A stretch of DNA of 64,000 nt, taken from an uncultured bacterium (GTDB taxonomy: Bacteria; Patescibacteriota; Minisyncoccia; Phycocordibacterales; Phycocordibacteraceae). The stretch is taken from the NCBI GenBank assembly GCA_937879955.1, contig CALFMK010000001.1, positions 442,356 through 506,355 of the forward strand. The letters are read 5' to 3'. Position numbers and translations under genes: made by a program. A model generated the notes under the pieces. The model worked only from the letters and a program-made list of their open reading frames with translations, ran no database searches and was not told the DNA's origin. This document shows positions 20,254 through 30,358 of this stretch, in pieces. Every line of letters begins with the position of its first letter. Position 1 is the first letter of the stretch.

Positions 20254-20281
20254 AGCCGCGCGACCACATGGTCGCGCGGCT
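20254..20281 (-). terminator. Perfect 11/12-bp-stem hairpin 3' of the DUF4406-like gene
   Basis: agccgcgcgacc-acat-ggtcgcgcggct followed by a U-rich tract on the minus transcript. Confidence 0.65.
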
Positions 20282-20288
20282 CTTACGC

Positions 20289-20810
20289 CTACGCAGCGCA
20301 CGGAGACAGCCAGGCCTCGGGATAGAGCTCGGCCGGAATGCCGCACGAACGGACGAACTCCCATTCCCAGCGCGCGCCGCGGGACGACTCCCATCCGGGC
20401 AGGAAGAGCGCCCGTGACACATGGCCGCATCCGAGGATCCTCCGATAGAAGACTTCCAGGATATCGGTGCAGTATGCGCCGCCATCATGGTGATCGGTCA
20501 CTCTGATGATCGCCTGCTGGAACGGGATCTGGTCGAACACCAGGAGGCCCTGTCCTCGCGCACGCTCTATGGCGAGCGCGAAGCGCTCCATGTTCTTCGG
20601 AAGCGTCCCGAGCCCTCCGGTCGTCATGGGCCCGCAGATCTGGATTATCTCCCGTCCCGTCACGCGCATGCGCTCGAGGATCGTCACGCCGACATGGCCT
20701 GCCTCTTCGAGCGTCCTTGCGGCTCGAAGAGATTCGATATGCGCTTCGGTCCAGTGCTCGTCGAACGATGTCACCGTCCTCTCCTTATTGTTATTGGTCC
20801 GTAGGGACAA
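20289..20810 (-). CDS. Hypothetical protein with a DUF4406-like (nucleoside 2-deoxyribosyltransferase-like) core
   Basis: IQICGPMTTGG..N...F motif reminiscent of DUF4406; a possible shorter start at 20669; 30 bp downstream of pilB. Confidence 0.4.
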   Translation of the reverse strand: MSLRTNNNKERTVTSFDEHWTEAHIESLRAARTLEEAGHVGVTILERMRVTGREIIQICGPMTTGGLGTLPKNMERFALAIERARGQGLLVFDQIPFQQAIIRVTDHHDGGAYCTDILEVFYRRILGCGHVSRALFLPGWESSRGARWEWEFVRSCGIPAELYPEAWLSPCAA

Positions 20811-20841
20811 TACGCGCGCGCAGGCGCGCTGTCGAGCGGAG

Positions 20842-22557
20842 CTACACGGCCCTGAGGACCTCCTCGATCGAAGTCATGCCTTGTGCGGACTTGTAGAGCC
20901 CGTCCTCGAGCATCGTCAGCATGCCCTCTTTCCGGGCCTGAGCCTCGAGCGCTTCCGGCGTGCCGCCATGCAGGATCAGCTCTCGGATCGCCGACGAGAC
21001 CGCGAGCACCTCGTGGATGCCGATGCGTCCGGCGTAGCCGTCCTCGCATGCAGGGGACGGGACCGGCCTATAGAACGGCATCGCATCGAGCGACATGCCT
21101 TCCTTGATGAGCTTCTCTTCCGAGAGCGCCGCGAGCACGCGGTCGAACCGGTCAGCGTCCGCGATCTCTGCCCGCTCCGTCCTGTCGAGCGCGTACTGCT
21201 CCTTATCGTCGCAGAGGCGACGGACCAGCCGCTGTCCCACCACCAGGCGCAGCGTGGAAGCGAGCAGGAACGGCTCGACGCCCATGTCGATGAGCCGCGC
21301 TATCGCGCCTGCGGCCGAGTCCGTATGGATCGCCGAGAGGACGAGATGGCCCGTGAGCGCCGCGTTGACCGCGAGCGACGCGGTCTCCGCATCGCGGATC
21401 TCCCCCACCATGATGATGTTCGGATCCTGCCGCAGGAGCGCGCGGAGCCCGTTCGCGAACGTGAGGCCGGCGGCCGGATTGACCTGCGTCTGGTTAACGC
21501 GCTTCATCTGGTACTCGATCGGATACTCGATGGTCGATATGTCGACGTCCGGCGTATTGAGTATGTCGAGGAGCGTATAGAGCGTCGTGGTCTTGCCCGC
21601 GTCGGTCGGCCCGGCGACGAGGATGATGCCTCCGGCCTGCTTCATCGCCGCATGCACGCGCTCGAGCCCGGCCCCGTGGAATCCGAGCGTATCGAGCGTG
21701 AAGCCCTCGCCGGTCTCGCGCAGGAGCCGCATCACGATCTTCTCCCCGAAGTAGGTCGGCAGCGTCGATACGCGGAATGAGACTTTTTCCGTCTCAGTCT
21801 CCATCTTGAAGCGCCCGTCCTGCGGCAGACGCACCTCGCCCACCTTCAGGTCAGCGAGCCCCTTTACGCGCGCCGCGATGCTCGGAGCGGCTGCGCGCGG
21901 GAGCGTCATGGCATCATGCAGCGCGCCGTCGATGCGATAGCGCACGAGCATCTCGCTTTCCATGGGCTCGAGATGGATGTCGGACGCCTTCTGGATGATG
22001 GCGTGACGCAGGAGCGTATCCACGATACGCACGGTCGGCAGGTCCTCGCGAACGGTATCCTTCTCGTCCATGAGATTGATGCGGCCGACCTCGGCCGAAA
22101 TGAGGTCGCCGAACTCATCCTTGAGGGACTTCTGATACTGCACGAGCGCGCCCTTGAGCGAGCTCTCGTCAGTGAGGCGCGGAAGGATGCGCAGGCCGGT
22201 CTTCTTCCGTACGGAATCGATCGCCGGAAGGTCCTCGGTATCGAGCATGGCGACTTCGAGCTCTTCTCCGTCCCTCTTATAGGCGACGATGCTGTGCGTG
22301 CGCGCGATAGGTTCCGGGATGAGCGAGAGGACATCGAGTCCTATCTTCCGTTCCTTGAGGCTCACGAACGGTATGCCGAGGACATAGGACTTTATGCGGC
22401 GGAGCGAATCGCTCGAGAGGAGGCCCTGCGCGATGAGTACGTCGCCCACCGATTGCTGCTTCTGCTTCGCGTCGATGTCCGCAGCGTCGACGTCCTTCCG
22501 GGACACGAGCCCAGAGTCGAGTATGAATGCCTTGAGTTCGCTTTCAGGGACTTGCAT
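20842..22557 (-). CDS. pilB: Type IV pilus / type II secretion assembly ATPase (PilB/GspE family)
   Basis: 571 aa; Walker A GPTDAGKTTT, GEIRD, His-box region. Confidence 0.9.
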   Translation of the reverse strand: MQVPESELKAFILDSGLVSRKDVDAADIDAKQKQQSVGDVLIAQGLLSSDSLRRIKSYVLGIPFVSLKERKIGLDVLSLIPEPIARTHSIVAYKRDGEELEVAMLDTEDLPAIDSVRKKTGLRILPRLTDESSLKGALVQYQKSLKDEFGDLISAEVGRINLMDEKDTVREDLPTVRIVDTLLRHAIIQKASDIHLEPMESEMLVRYRIDGALHDAMTLPRAAAPSIAARVKGLADLKVGEVRLPQDGRFKMETETEKVSFRVSTLPTYFGEKIVMRLLRETGEGFTLDTLGFHGAGLERVHAAMKQAGGIILVAGPTDAGKTTTLYTLLDILNTPDVDISTIEYPIEYQMKRVNQTQVNPAAGLTFANGLRALLRQDPNIIMVGEIRDAETASLAVNAALTGHLVLSAIHTDSAAGAIARLIDMGVEPFLLASTLRLVVGQRLVRRLCDDKEQYALDRTERAEIADADRFDRVLAALSEEKLIKEGMSLDAMPFYRPVPSPACEDGYAGRIGIHEVLAVSSAIRELILHGGTPEALEAQARKEGMLTMLEDGLYKSAQGMTSIEEVLRAV

Positions 22558-22675
22558 GCTGCGTAGTATCTAAAGTATAGCGTGTCGATGCGTCGCATCG
22601 TCTCACGTAACGGACCCGCGACGGGGAAAAGGCTCTTTCGTTCTCTAGCGATGCTGCATGCCGTAGAATGAAGAC

Positions 22676-23407
22676 ATGCACCGTCGCGCTTCGGAGAAAG
22701 GCTTCACGCTCATCGAGCTCCTCGTCGTGATCGCCATCATCGGCATCCTCTCGACCGTCGTGCTCGCGAGCCTCGCCACCGCGCGCGAGCGGGCGCGTAT
22801 CGCCGCGGCGAAGCAGCAGGATGCGTCCCTGTATCACGCGCTCGGGTCCGATCTCGTGGCGGCGTGGGATTTCGACGAGGGCAGCGGCACCGCCGTCTCC
22901 GACAGCTCCGGGGGCGGCAACAACGGCACGTATCCGACCCCGACATGGACGACCGCCTCGCCATATCCCTCCGGAAACGCGGCATCGTTCAACAACGGCA
23001 CGTACGCGACCTTTCCAGCGGTCCAGGGCCTTCCTTCGAATACCGTCACCGTGAGCGCGTGGGTATACCTAACGAATCATCGGAATTGGAACAATATCGT
23101 AAGAAACAACTGGATCGGTAATGGCTGGCTTCTCTTTACGGATGTGAACGGGAGTGCAATATTCGGCGTCGGACAGGGCAACACCCAATACACGACCAAG
23201 GGAAGGACCCAGATGTCACTGAATGCCTGGCATTTCATCGTCGGCACCTATGACGGCACGAAGGTCTCTATCTACGTAGACGGCGTGCTCGACGGCACCC
23301 CAACAACGATCACAGGCGCCGCACTTACTAATACCGGGTCCATAGAGGTGGGTCAGGGCACCATCGGATACGTCGATCGTGTACGCATCTACACCGGAAC
23401 TCCCTGA
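22676..23407 (+). CDS. Type IV pilin-like protein with a C-terminal LamG/concanavalin-like domain
   Basis: Prepilin N-methylation motif KGFTLIELLVVIAIIGIL; C-terminal LamG-like region (WHFIVGTYDG...IYVDG). Confidence 0.75.
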   Translation: MHRRASEKGFTLIELLVVIAIIGILSTVVLASLATARERARIAAAKQQDASLYHALGSDLVAAWDFDEGSGTAVSDSSGGGNNGTYPTPTWTTASPYPSGNAASFNNGTYATFPAVQGLPSNTVTVSAWVYLTNHRNWNNIVRNNWIGNGWLLFTDVNGSAIFGVGQGNTQYTTKGRTQMSLNAWHFIVGTYDGTKVSIYVDGVLDGTPTTITGAALTNTGSIEVGQGTIGYVDRVRIYTGTP

Positions 23408-23417
23408 TGCGCGAACA

Positions 23418-23446
23418 TTGACGCAATACCTATATATGGTAGATTC
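23418..23446 (+). promoter_or_regulatory. Candidate sigma70-type promoter for nusA (TTGACG-N16/17-TAGATT)
   Basis: Good -35/-10 match about 120 nt upstream of the nusA ATG. Confidence 0.45.
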
Positions 23447-23568
23447 TATCTAACTGGAATGTCCGCACCCGCGGGCATTTCCTTTTAGGGAGAGCCCTCC
23501 GCGTGCGAGAATGAGCAGGCAACCGGGCGAACAATTACATACTGTGCGGACAACTAAATACAGGACCT

Positions 23569-24960
23569 ATGTTGGATCTCAAGACAATCAATTCAGTGCT
23601 CACCGAGTTCGAGGAACGCGGCATCACCAAGGAGACCATGGTGGACGCGATCGAGCAGGCGATGGCCACCGCCTATAAGAAGGAATACGGCAAGCGCGGC
23701 CAGGTGGTGCGCGGCATGCTCGACATGAACACCGGCACCGTCTCCTTCGAGCAGGTGAAGACGATCGTCGACGAGACGATGGTCCGGTTCCCTGAGGAGG
23801 GCGAGGAGGTCGCAGAGCTCCCGTCCCACCATCCGCATTTCGACCGCGAGGAGGAGGTCGCCGAGGGCGAGCTCCCGCGCTATGACGCCGAGAAGCACAT
23901 CCTCCTCGAGGACGCGAAGCGCATGAAGCGCACCGCGGAGCTCGGCGAGGAGATCATCTTCCCGCTCGAGCCGCAGGACGACTTCGGCCGCATCGCCGCG
24001 CAGACCGCGAAGCAGGTCGTCATCCAGAAGATCCGCGAGGCAGAGAAGCTCTCCATCCTCGACGAGTTCGGCCACAAGAAGGGCGAGATCGTCACGGGTA
24101 TCGTGCAGCGCGCTGAGCGCGGCGCAATCTTCGTCGACCTCGGCCGCGCGACCGGTATCATCCCGTACGAGGAGCAGATCCCGGGCGAGCGCTACCGTCC
24201 AGGAGAGCGCATCAGCGCGTACCTCTACGCCGTCGATGAGGGCTTCCGCGGCGTCTACCTCCGCCTCTCCCGCAGCCATCCTCGCTTCCTCACTCGTCTC
24301 TTCGAGATGGAGGTACCGGAGCTCGCTTCCGGATCCATCGAGATCAAGGGCCTCGCGCGCGAGCCAGGAAGCCGCACGAAGATCGCTATCGCGTCGAACG
24401 ACCCGCATGTGGACCCGGTCGGATCCCTCGTGGGCCAGCGCGGCGTGCGCGTCTCGACCGTGATGGCGGCCCTCGGCGGCGAGCGCATCGACATCATCGA
24501 ATGGTCCGAGGACCAGGCGGCATACATCAAGGAGTCCCTCTCCCCTGCCACCGTCGTCGAGGTCGAGCTCGATGAGGAAGGTCATCGCGCGGCGGTGACC
24601 GTCACCGAGGACCAGCAGTCGCTCGCGATCGGCCGCGGTGGACAGAACGTCCGCCTCGCCGCAAAGCTCACTGGCTGGAACATCGACATCATGGCGATCG
24701 GCGGCGAGAGCGTCGCCGAGACCGAAGCGCCTGTCGAGGCCGCAGAAGGCGCATCCGACGAGTCCGTCGCCGCGCTCGAGGAGGCAGAGGATCTCGACCC
24801 AGCGGTCGCCGCAGGCATCGACCCGACCGAGTCCGAGTCCGTTATCACGGAGGACGACCAGGCGGACGGCGCCCTCACCGTCGAGGACGAGACCGCGTTC
24901 GACGATAACGGCCCGGTCGCGGACGCCGAAGAGGCGCGCGACGAGAAGGAATCCGCGTAA
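23569..24960 (+). CDS. nusA: Transcription termination/antitermination factor NusA with an acidic C-terminal tail
   Basis: 463 aa; N-terminal NusA domain, S1 and KH regions. Confidence 0.93.
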   Translation: MLDLKTINSVLTEFEERGITKETMVDAIEQAMATAYKKEYGKRGQVVRGMLDMNTGTVSFEQVKTIVDETMVRFPEEGEEVAELPSHHPHFDREEEVAEGELPRYDAEKHILLEDAKRMKRTAELGEEIIFPLEPQDDFGRIAAQTAKQVVIQKIREAEKLSILDEFGHKKGEIVTGIVQRAERGAIFVDLGRATGIIPYEEQIPGERYRPGERISAYLYAVDEGFRGVYLRLSRSHPRFLTRLFEMEVPELASGSIEIKGLAREPGSRTKIAIASNDPHVDPVGSLVGQRGVRVSTVMAALGGERIDIIEWSEDQAAYIKESLSPATVVEVELDEEGHRAAVTVTEDQQSLAIGRGGQNVRLAAKLTGWNIDIMAIGGESVAETEAPVEAAEGASDESVAALEEAEDLDPAVAAGIDPTESESVITEDDQADGALTVEDETAFDDNGPVADAEEARDEKESA

Positions 24961-24978
24961 GCTAACCTTGTACGAACC

Positions 24979-25500
24979 ATGAACCTCCTGCACGACATCA
25001 ATCCGGGCTCCAGGGACGAGATGAACGTTATCATCGAGATCCCGCGCGGCTCGCACAACAAGTACGAGATCGACAAGGAGACCGGCATCATCGCGCTTGA
25101 CCGCGTCCTGCACACCGCACAGACCTATCCGTTCGACTATGGCTTCGTGCCGCAGACGCTCTGGGACGACGGTGACGCGCTCGACGTAGTGCTGCTCACG
25201 ACCAACCCGCTCATGCCGGGCATCCTCGTGCGTGCACGCCCTATCGCGACGCTCCCGATGGTGGACGGCGGCGATTCCGACGAGAAGATCCTCGCGGTGC
25301 CGGTCGCCGACCCGCGCTTCGACGACATCAAGGACCTCGCAGACGTGAACAAGCACACGCTCAAGGAGATCGCGCACTTCTTCGAGACCTACAAGAAGAT
25401 CCAGAACAAGGAGGTCACGCTCTCCGCATGGGCCGACAAGGCCGCGGCGCAGTCAGCGTTCGACCGTTCCGTATCGCTGTACCAGGAGAAGAAGGCGTAA
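24979..25500 (+). CDS. ppa: Inorganic pyrophosphatase
   Basis: 173 aa; DGDPLDVL-type motifs (DGDALDVVLL). Confidence 0.93.
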   Translation: MNLLHDINPGSRDEMNVIIEIPRGSHNKYEIDKETGIIALDRVLHTAQTYPFDYGFVPQTLWDDGDALDVVLLTTNPLMPGILVRARPIATLPMVDGGDSDEKILAVPVADPRFDDIKDLADVNKHTLKEIAHFFETYKKIQNKEVTLSAWADKAAAQSAFDRSVSLYQEKKA

Positions 25501-25512
25501 GCCGCAGGCCTG

Positions 25513-25548
25513 AAAGCGCCTGGCTCCCAGGGAGCCAGGCGCTTTGCG
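25513..25548 (+). terminator. Hairpin terminator after ppa
   Basis: aaagcgcctggctcc-cag-ggagccaggcgcttt. Confidence 0.65.
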
Positions 25549-25618
25549 TATCCCCACGGAACGGGCGGCTTTCGCGTGCGTCGCCTATACTTGAGAGTAT
25601 TAGCTAACCCGACCATCC

Positions 25619-25900
25619 ATGGACAACGCACCAGACCAGACCGTTGAAAATTCCGCACCAGAATCGCAGGCGCCTTTCGCCGTAGAACCGAAGAAGGGGC
25701 CAGCATACGGCGCGATCCTCGGCATCATCCTCATCGTAGCCGTGCTCGTGGTCGGCGCGTTCTATGTCTGGGGCGAGCGCTTGAAGCAGAACGATGTCAC
25801 GATCCCGGAGGAGGGCGTCCCGTCCGAAGGCACGATGCCTCGCGGGGGCTCGGTGGATGGCAGCATCCAGATCGAGGCAGACGGCACAGAGGCGCAGTAG
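25619..25900 (+). CDS. Small single-pass membrane protein, hypothetical
   Basis: 93 aa; one TM helix; has its own downstream terminator. Confidence 0.5.
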   Translation: MDNAPDQTVENSAPESQAPFAVEPKKGPAYGAILGIILIVAVLVVGAFYVWGERLKQNDVTIPEEGVPSEGTMPRGGSVDGSIQIEADGTEAQ

Positions 25901-25917
25901 CACAGGCCATTCATGGA

Positions 25918-25946
25918 AACGCCCCGCATGCGCGGGGCGTTTTTCG
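25918..25946 (+). terminator. Rho-independent terminator
   Basis: aaacgccccgc-atg-cgcggggcgttttt. Confidence 0.75.
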
Positions 25947-25979
25947 CATATCCCAGGTCTTTGGTACTATGACCTGACT

Positions 25980-26588
25980 ATGGAACACACACATACCAAT
26001 CCTCGTGCGACGCTCGTGCCGATGGTCGTCGAGAAGACGCAGTTCGGAGAGCGCGGCTATGACATCTACTCCCGCCTCCTCAAGGACCGCATCGTGTTCC
26101 TTACCGGAGGTATCGATGACGATATGGCGAACCTCGTGATCGCGCAGCTCCTCTTCCTCGAGTCCGAGGACCCGAAGAAGGACATCTCGCTCTACGTGAA
26201 CAGTCCGGGCGGCTCGGTGACGGCCGGCCTCGCCATCCTCGACACCATGAACCACGTGAAGCCGGACGTCTCTACGGTCGTGGTCGGCATGGCAGCGTCC
26301 GCGGCGGCGGTCATCCTCGCCGCAGGCGCCAAGGGCAAGCGCTACGCGCTCCCGAACTCAGAGGTGATGATCCATCAGCCATGGGGCGGCGCACAGGGCC
26401 AGGCGACCGATATCGAGATCACGGCGAAACACATCCTCGCGACGCGTGACCGCCTTAACAAGATCCTCGCGAAGGCGACCGGCCAGGAGCTCTCGAAGAT
26501 CGAGAAGGACGTCGAGCGCGATTACTTCATGATGGCGGACGAGGCGAAGAAGTACGGCCTCGTCGACCAGGTCTACAAGTCGAAATAG
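25980..26588 (+). CDS. clpP: ATP-dependent Clp protease proteolytic subunit
   Basis: Start at MEHTHTNP; GxS(A)AS region [11 protein letters not shown] and His/Asp triad region; the ORF-track N-terminal extension was rejected. Confidence 0.93.
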   Translation: MEHTHTNPRATLVPMVVEKTQFGERGYDIYSRLLKDRIVFLTGGIDDDMANLVIAQLLFLESEDPKKDISLYVNSPGGSVTAGLAILDTMNHVKPDVSTVVVGMAASAAAVILAAGAKGKRYALPNSEVMIHQPWGGAQGQATDIEITAKHILATRDRLNKILAKATGQELSKIEKDVERDYFMMADEAKKYGLVDQVYKSK

Positions 26589-26602
26589 CCGCATCCTGAC
26601 GC

Positions 26603-26640
26603 GAAACGCCCCGGCCCAGCGTCCGGGGCGTTTCGTTTGC
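26603..26640 (+). terminator. Hairpin terminator after clpP
   Basis: gaaacgccccgg-cccagcgt-ccggggcgtttc then gttt. Confidence 0.7.
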
Positions 26641-26772
26641 GAAATAGCGAAAAAGTGTTATTTTATAAGGGTTCTGGGGCATCTGCACCTGCTGAAACGG
26701 CTGAAAATCTGAGCCCCGAGCCTAACCTGTCCATACCCCTTCCCGTACGCGGGAAGGTTCACCACCTGTTTT

Positions 26773-28302
26773 ATGTCCATAAAGATCGTACTGAGCCTCC
26801 TTGCCCTCTCGGGCCTCGCCGGCATCGCCCTGGGCTACGTGCTCCGTCTCTTGATCGCGCTCGGCCAGCGCGGCTCCCTCGAGCTCGAGGTCAAGCAGAA
26901 GATGCTCGAGGCGAAGGAGCGCGCGAGCCGCGTGCTCGAAGAGGCTGAGGAGCGCGCCAAGCGCCAGGAGGAGGAGCGCATCCTCCCGCTCAAGGAGCGC
27001 GAGGAGAAGGTTGCCAAGGCTGCCGAGCGCATCGCCAAGCGCGAAGAGTTCCTCGACGAGCGCGAGCGAGCGCTCGCGCTCGAGCTCGACGACGTGAAGA
27101 ATCGCGAGAACGAGGCCGCGAACATGAGACGCGAGGCTGAGAAGCTCCGCGAGGAGCGCAGGCACGAGCTCGCGCGCGTAAGCCGCCTCTCTGAGAAGGA
27201 CGCGAAGACGCTTCTCATCCGCGATCTCGAGGATTCACACGAAGAAAGCGTCCTTGCACGCCTCCAGAAGCTCGCCGCCAACGGACGCGAGCAGCTCGAG
27301 GACAAGGCCCGTTCCATACTCCTCGCGAGCATCCACCGCATGGCAGCGAACGTGAACAGCGAAGTCATGACGCTCTCCGTCACGATCCCGTCCGAGGAGA
27401 TGAAGGGGAAGATCATCGGCAAGGAAGGCCGCAACATAAAGGCCTTCGAGCGCGCGACCGGCGTCGATGTCATCATCGATGACGCGCCTGACAAGATAAC
27501 CCTGTCCTCGTTCGATCCGCTCCGCCGCCACACCGCGAAGATCGCGCTCGAGAACCTCATCGAGGACGGAAGGATCCAGCCGGCGAAGATCGAGGAGGCG
27601 GTCGAGAAGGCACGGGCCGACGTCCAGCAGTCCATCCAGCAGAAGGGCGAGGCGGCAGCGTACGAGGCCGGTGTCATCGGACTCGACCCGAGGCTCGTCG
27701 CGCTCCTCGGCCGCCTGCATTTCCGCACGAGCTACGGCCAGAACGTGCTCCAGCACTCGGTGGAGATGGCGCATATCGCCGGCATGCTCGCATCAGAGCT
27801 CGGCGCGAATGCGGACATCGCCAGGGCCGGCGCGCTCCTGCACGACATCGGGAAGGCCGTGGACCATGAGGTAGAGGGGACGCATGTCGAGATCGGGCGC
27901 CGCATCCTCGAGAAGTTCGGGGTCGAAAAGGCGGTCATCCAGGCCATGCAGTCGCATCACGAGGAATATCCGTACGAGACCCCTGAGTCCATGATCGTCC
28001 AAGCGGCTGACGCGCTCTCGGCAGGAAGGCCCGGCGCCCGGCGCGATACCGTAGAGCGCTACCTCGAGCGCCTTACGGATCTCGAGCGCATCGCGCGCGG
28101 GTACGAGGGCGTCGAGAAGGTTCATGCCATCTCTGCCGGCCGTGAGATCCGCATATTCGTGAACCCGGGGAAGGTCTCGGACCTCGCGATGCACCGCATG
28201 GCACGCGATATCGCCGAGCGCGTACAGCAGGAACTGAAATACCCGGGAGAGATTAAGGTGAACGTGATTCGCGAGAATCGCGTCGTCGAGTTCGCCCGCT
28301 AA
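26773..28302 (+). CDS. rny: Ribonuclease Y
   Basis: 509 aa; N-terminal TM helix, coiled coil, KH and HD (HSVEMAHIAGMLA...LLHDIGK) domains. Confidence 0.93.
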   Translation: MSIKIVLSLLALSGLAGIALGYVLRLLIALGQRGSLELEVKQKMLEAKERASRVLEEAEERAKRQEEERILPLKEREEKVAKAAERIAKREEFLDERERALALELDDVKNRENEAANMRREAEKLREERRHELARVSRLSEKDAKTLLIRDLEDSHEESVLARLQKLAANGREQLEDKARSILLASIHRMAANVNSEVMTLSVTIPSEEMKGKIIGKEGRNIKAFERATGVDVIIDDAPDKITLSSFDPLRRHTAKIALENLIEDGRIQPAKIEEAVEKARADVQQSIQQKGEAAAYEAGVIGLDPRLVALLGRLHFRTSYGQNVLQHSVEMAHIAGMLASELGANADIARAGALLHDIGKAVDHEVEGTHVEIGRRILEKFGVEKAVIQAMQSHHEEYPYETPESMIVQAADALSAGRPGARRDTVERYLERLTDLERIARGYEGVEKVHAISAGREIRIFVNPGKVSDLAMHRMARDIAERVQQELKYPGEIKVNVIRENRVVEFAR

Positions 28303-28317
28303 CCAGAATACTAATAC

Positions 28318-28350
28318 ACAAAGGCCCCGCACCTGCGGGGCCTTTGTGTA
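28318..28350 (+). terminator. Hairpin terminator after rny
   Basis: caaaggccccgc-acct-gcggggcctttg. Confidence 0.7.
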
Positions 28351-28351
28351 T

Positions 28352-28633
28352 CTAGCTATATTCTAGGCCGCGTCTTCGTACAGCTGGCCGTTTATGCGTT
28401 CCGCGCGCATGATACGTCGCTGCCTGCTCGCTTTTGAGCAGATTCTTCTCTTCCAGATGAAGAAGCTTGTCGTACGCGAACGTGAGCAGGAATTTCTGGG
28501 CACTGCGGCCCGTCTCTCCGCTCGCGAGACGGCTCTCGAGGTCGGCGAATTGCTGCTCGAGATCTCGCAGCTCATCCTTCTCATGCTCTTCTCGCGTCGG
28601 GTGCTTGCTCTGGAATGACGCTTCGAGACTCAT
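28352..28633 (-). CDS. Small charged hypothetical protein (93 aa)
   Basis: Non-R-rich coiled-coil-like composition; TATACT -10 box 6-7 nt before its ATG suggests a leaderless transcript; the opposite-strand ORF is the alternative. Confidence 0.4.
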   Translation of the reverse strand: MSLEASFQSKHPTREEHEKDELRDLEQQFADLESRLASGETGRSAQKFLLTFAYDKLLHLEEKNLLKSEQAATYHARGTHKRPAVRRRGLEYS

Positions 28634-28743
28634 GAGGATAGTATACCGAGACCGGAATGCGTGATTTCACCTTATCCACGTACTTTTTCAAGACCTATTG
28701 CACAAAACGGCTCATTTCCTATACTTCTTCACGTAGCCCTTAT

Positions 28744-28767
28744 GTAGGGCTTTACAAAAAGCCCTAC
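28744..28767 (+). promoter_or_regulatory. Perfect 10-bp inverted repeat gtagggcttt-acaa-aaagccctac in the hup 5' region
   Basis: Embedded in a patch of alternating TAGGGC/GCCCTA half-sites 25-60 nt upstream of the hup ATG. Confidence 0.4.
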
Positions 28768-28792
28768 TAGGGAATAACCCTCATTTACGATC

Positions 28793-29065
28793 ATGAACAA
28801 AGCAAACATCGCGGAGAAGGTGCAGGAGGTGCTCGGCGGCACGAAGGCTGACGCAGAGCGCGCAGTCGAGTGCGTCATCAGCAGCATCACCGACGGCCTC
28901 AAGAGCGGCGACGAGGTTTCGATCGCAGGGCTCGGCATCTTCAGCGCGAAGGCTCGCCCAGCACGCACCGGACGCAACCCACGCACCGGCGAGACCATCA
29001 AGATCGCCGCTACCCGCACACCGAAGTTCCGCGCTGCTAAGGCGCTCAAGGACGCGGTTAAGTAG
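28793..29065 (+). CDS. hup: Histone-like DNA-binding protein HU
   Basis: 90 aa; MNKANIAEKV...GLGIFSAKARPARTGRNPRTGETIKIAA. Confidence 0.9.
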   Translation: MNKANIAEKVQEVLGGTKADAERAVECVISSITDGLKSGDEVSIAGLGIFSAKARPARTGRNPRTGETIKIAATRTPKFRAAKALKDAVK

Positions 29066-29083
29066 TTTGAAGCGTTCCTAAGA

Positions 29084-29113
29084 AAAAGCCCCGCATCTGC
29101 GGGGCTTTTCCTT
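29084..29113. terminator. Bidirectional terminator between hup and rarA
   Basis: aaaaagccccgc-atct-gcggggctttt. Confidence 0.7.
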
Positions 29114-30323
29114 ATCCCTTCGGTGTCTCCGGGAAATACCGCTTCTTCTTGAGCTTCTCCGGCAAGTAGCTCTCTTCCGTGTACATCTCGTAGCCCTTCC
29201 CGTATCCCATCTCCTTCATGAGCTTCGTCGGCGCATTACGGATATGCTTCGGCACGGACAGGTTTCCGGTCTTACGGACGTCCTCCTGGGCACTCCGCAG
29301 CGCGTCGTACGCGGAACGGTCCTTCTTCGCGCTCGCGAGGTACGCGACGCCATGCGCAAGGCTTATGGCGCATTCCGGATACCCTATCGTCTCGCAGGCA
29401 CGGAATACTGCGTTTGCGACGACCAGTGCCGTGGGCTGGGCGAGGCCCACGTCCTCCGACGCGAATATGACCATCCTGCGCGCGATGAACAGCGGATCCT
29501 CACCTCCCTCGACCATCCGGGCGAGATAGTACATGGCCGCGTCCGGCTGGGATGCACGCATGCTCTTTATGAACGCGCTCACGGTATCGTAATGCTCCTC
29601 GCCCTTCTTGTCGTAGCGGAGGTGCGGGTCCTCGAGCGCCTTATTCAGGTTCGCGACGCTTATCTTCTTCCCGTAGAGCGCCATCACCCCGTCGAGCATC
29701 GTGAGCGCCTTCCTTGCGTCCCCATTGGCATAGCCCATGAGCCACTCGAACGCATCCTTCCCGAAGGTGGCCCCTGCGCGCTTCGTTATGGCACGGAGCG
29801 CCTCTTCCGATACGGGCTCGAGTACGAAGACCCGGGAGCGCGATAGGAGCGCCGGGATAACCTCGAAGGAGGGGTTCTCGGTGGTAGCACCGATGAGAGT
29901 CAGGTCCCCGCTCTCAACGTACGGTAAGAGAAAGTCTTGCTGCGCCTTATTGAAACGATGGATCTCATCGAGAAACAGGACCTTCGGCCGAAGTCCGAGC
30001 GTCCTCCCCTGCCCTACTGAGCCGACGATCTTCCTGATATCCTCCTTCCCTGCTGAGACCGCGGACAGCTCGTGCAGCTCAGCGTCGAGCGCCCGGGCAT
30101 AGATGCGGGCTATCGTCGTCTTCCCTGTCCCCGGAGGACCCCACAGGATGAATGAGAACAGGTGCTTCTTCTCTATCGCTACCCGAAGCGGCTTGCCCTC
30201 CCCCACCAGGTGCTCCTGCCCCACCACCTCTTCGAGGGTTTGAGGGCGTATGCGGTTCGCGAGCGGTTCCATGCCTGCATGGTACTCCTCTTTCCTATCC
30301 TCCGCATGAACGAAGAAAGGCAC
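29112..30323 (-). CDS. rarA: Replication-associated recombination protein A (MgsA/RarA AAA+ ATPase)
   Basis: Walker [19 protein letters not shown]; likely start at [10 protein letters not shown] (30272). Confidence 0.9.
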   Translation of the reverse strand: MPFFVHAEDRKEEYHAGMEPLANRIRPQTLEEVVGQEHLVGEGKPLRVAIEKKHLFSFILWGPPGTGKTTIARIYARALDAELHELSAVSAGKEDIRKIVGSVGQGRTLGLRPKVLFLDEIHRFNKAQQDFLLPYVESGDLTLIGATTENPSFEVIPALLSRSRVFVLEPVSEEALRAITKRAGATFGKDAFEWLMGYANGDARKALTMLDGVMALYGKKISVANLNKALEDPHLRYDKKGEEHYDTVSAFIKSMRASQPDAAMYYLARMVEGGEDPLFIARRMVIFASEDVGLAQPTALVVANAVFRACETIGYPECAISLAHGVAYLASAKKDRSAYDALRSAQEDVRKTGNLSVPKHIRNAPTKLMKEMGYGKGYEMYTEESYLPEKLKKKRYFPETPKG

Positions 30324-30358
30324 GGACCCGGGGTCCGTGCCTTTCCGCTCCCCCTTTT

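Noticed and set aside
23593-25377. 594-aa minus-strand ORF antisense to nusA and ppa
   Set aside because: Antisense to two well-supported genes, with low-complexity Arg/Leu/Asp content.
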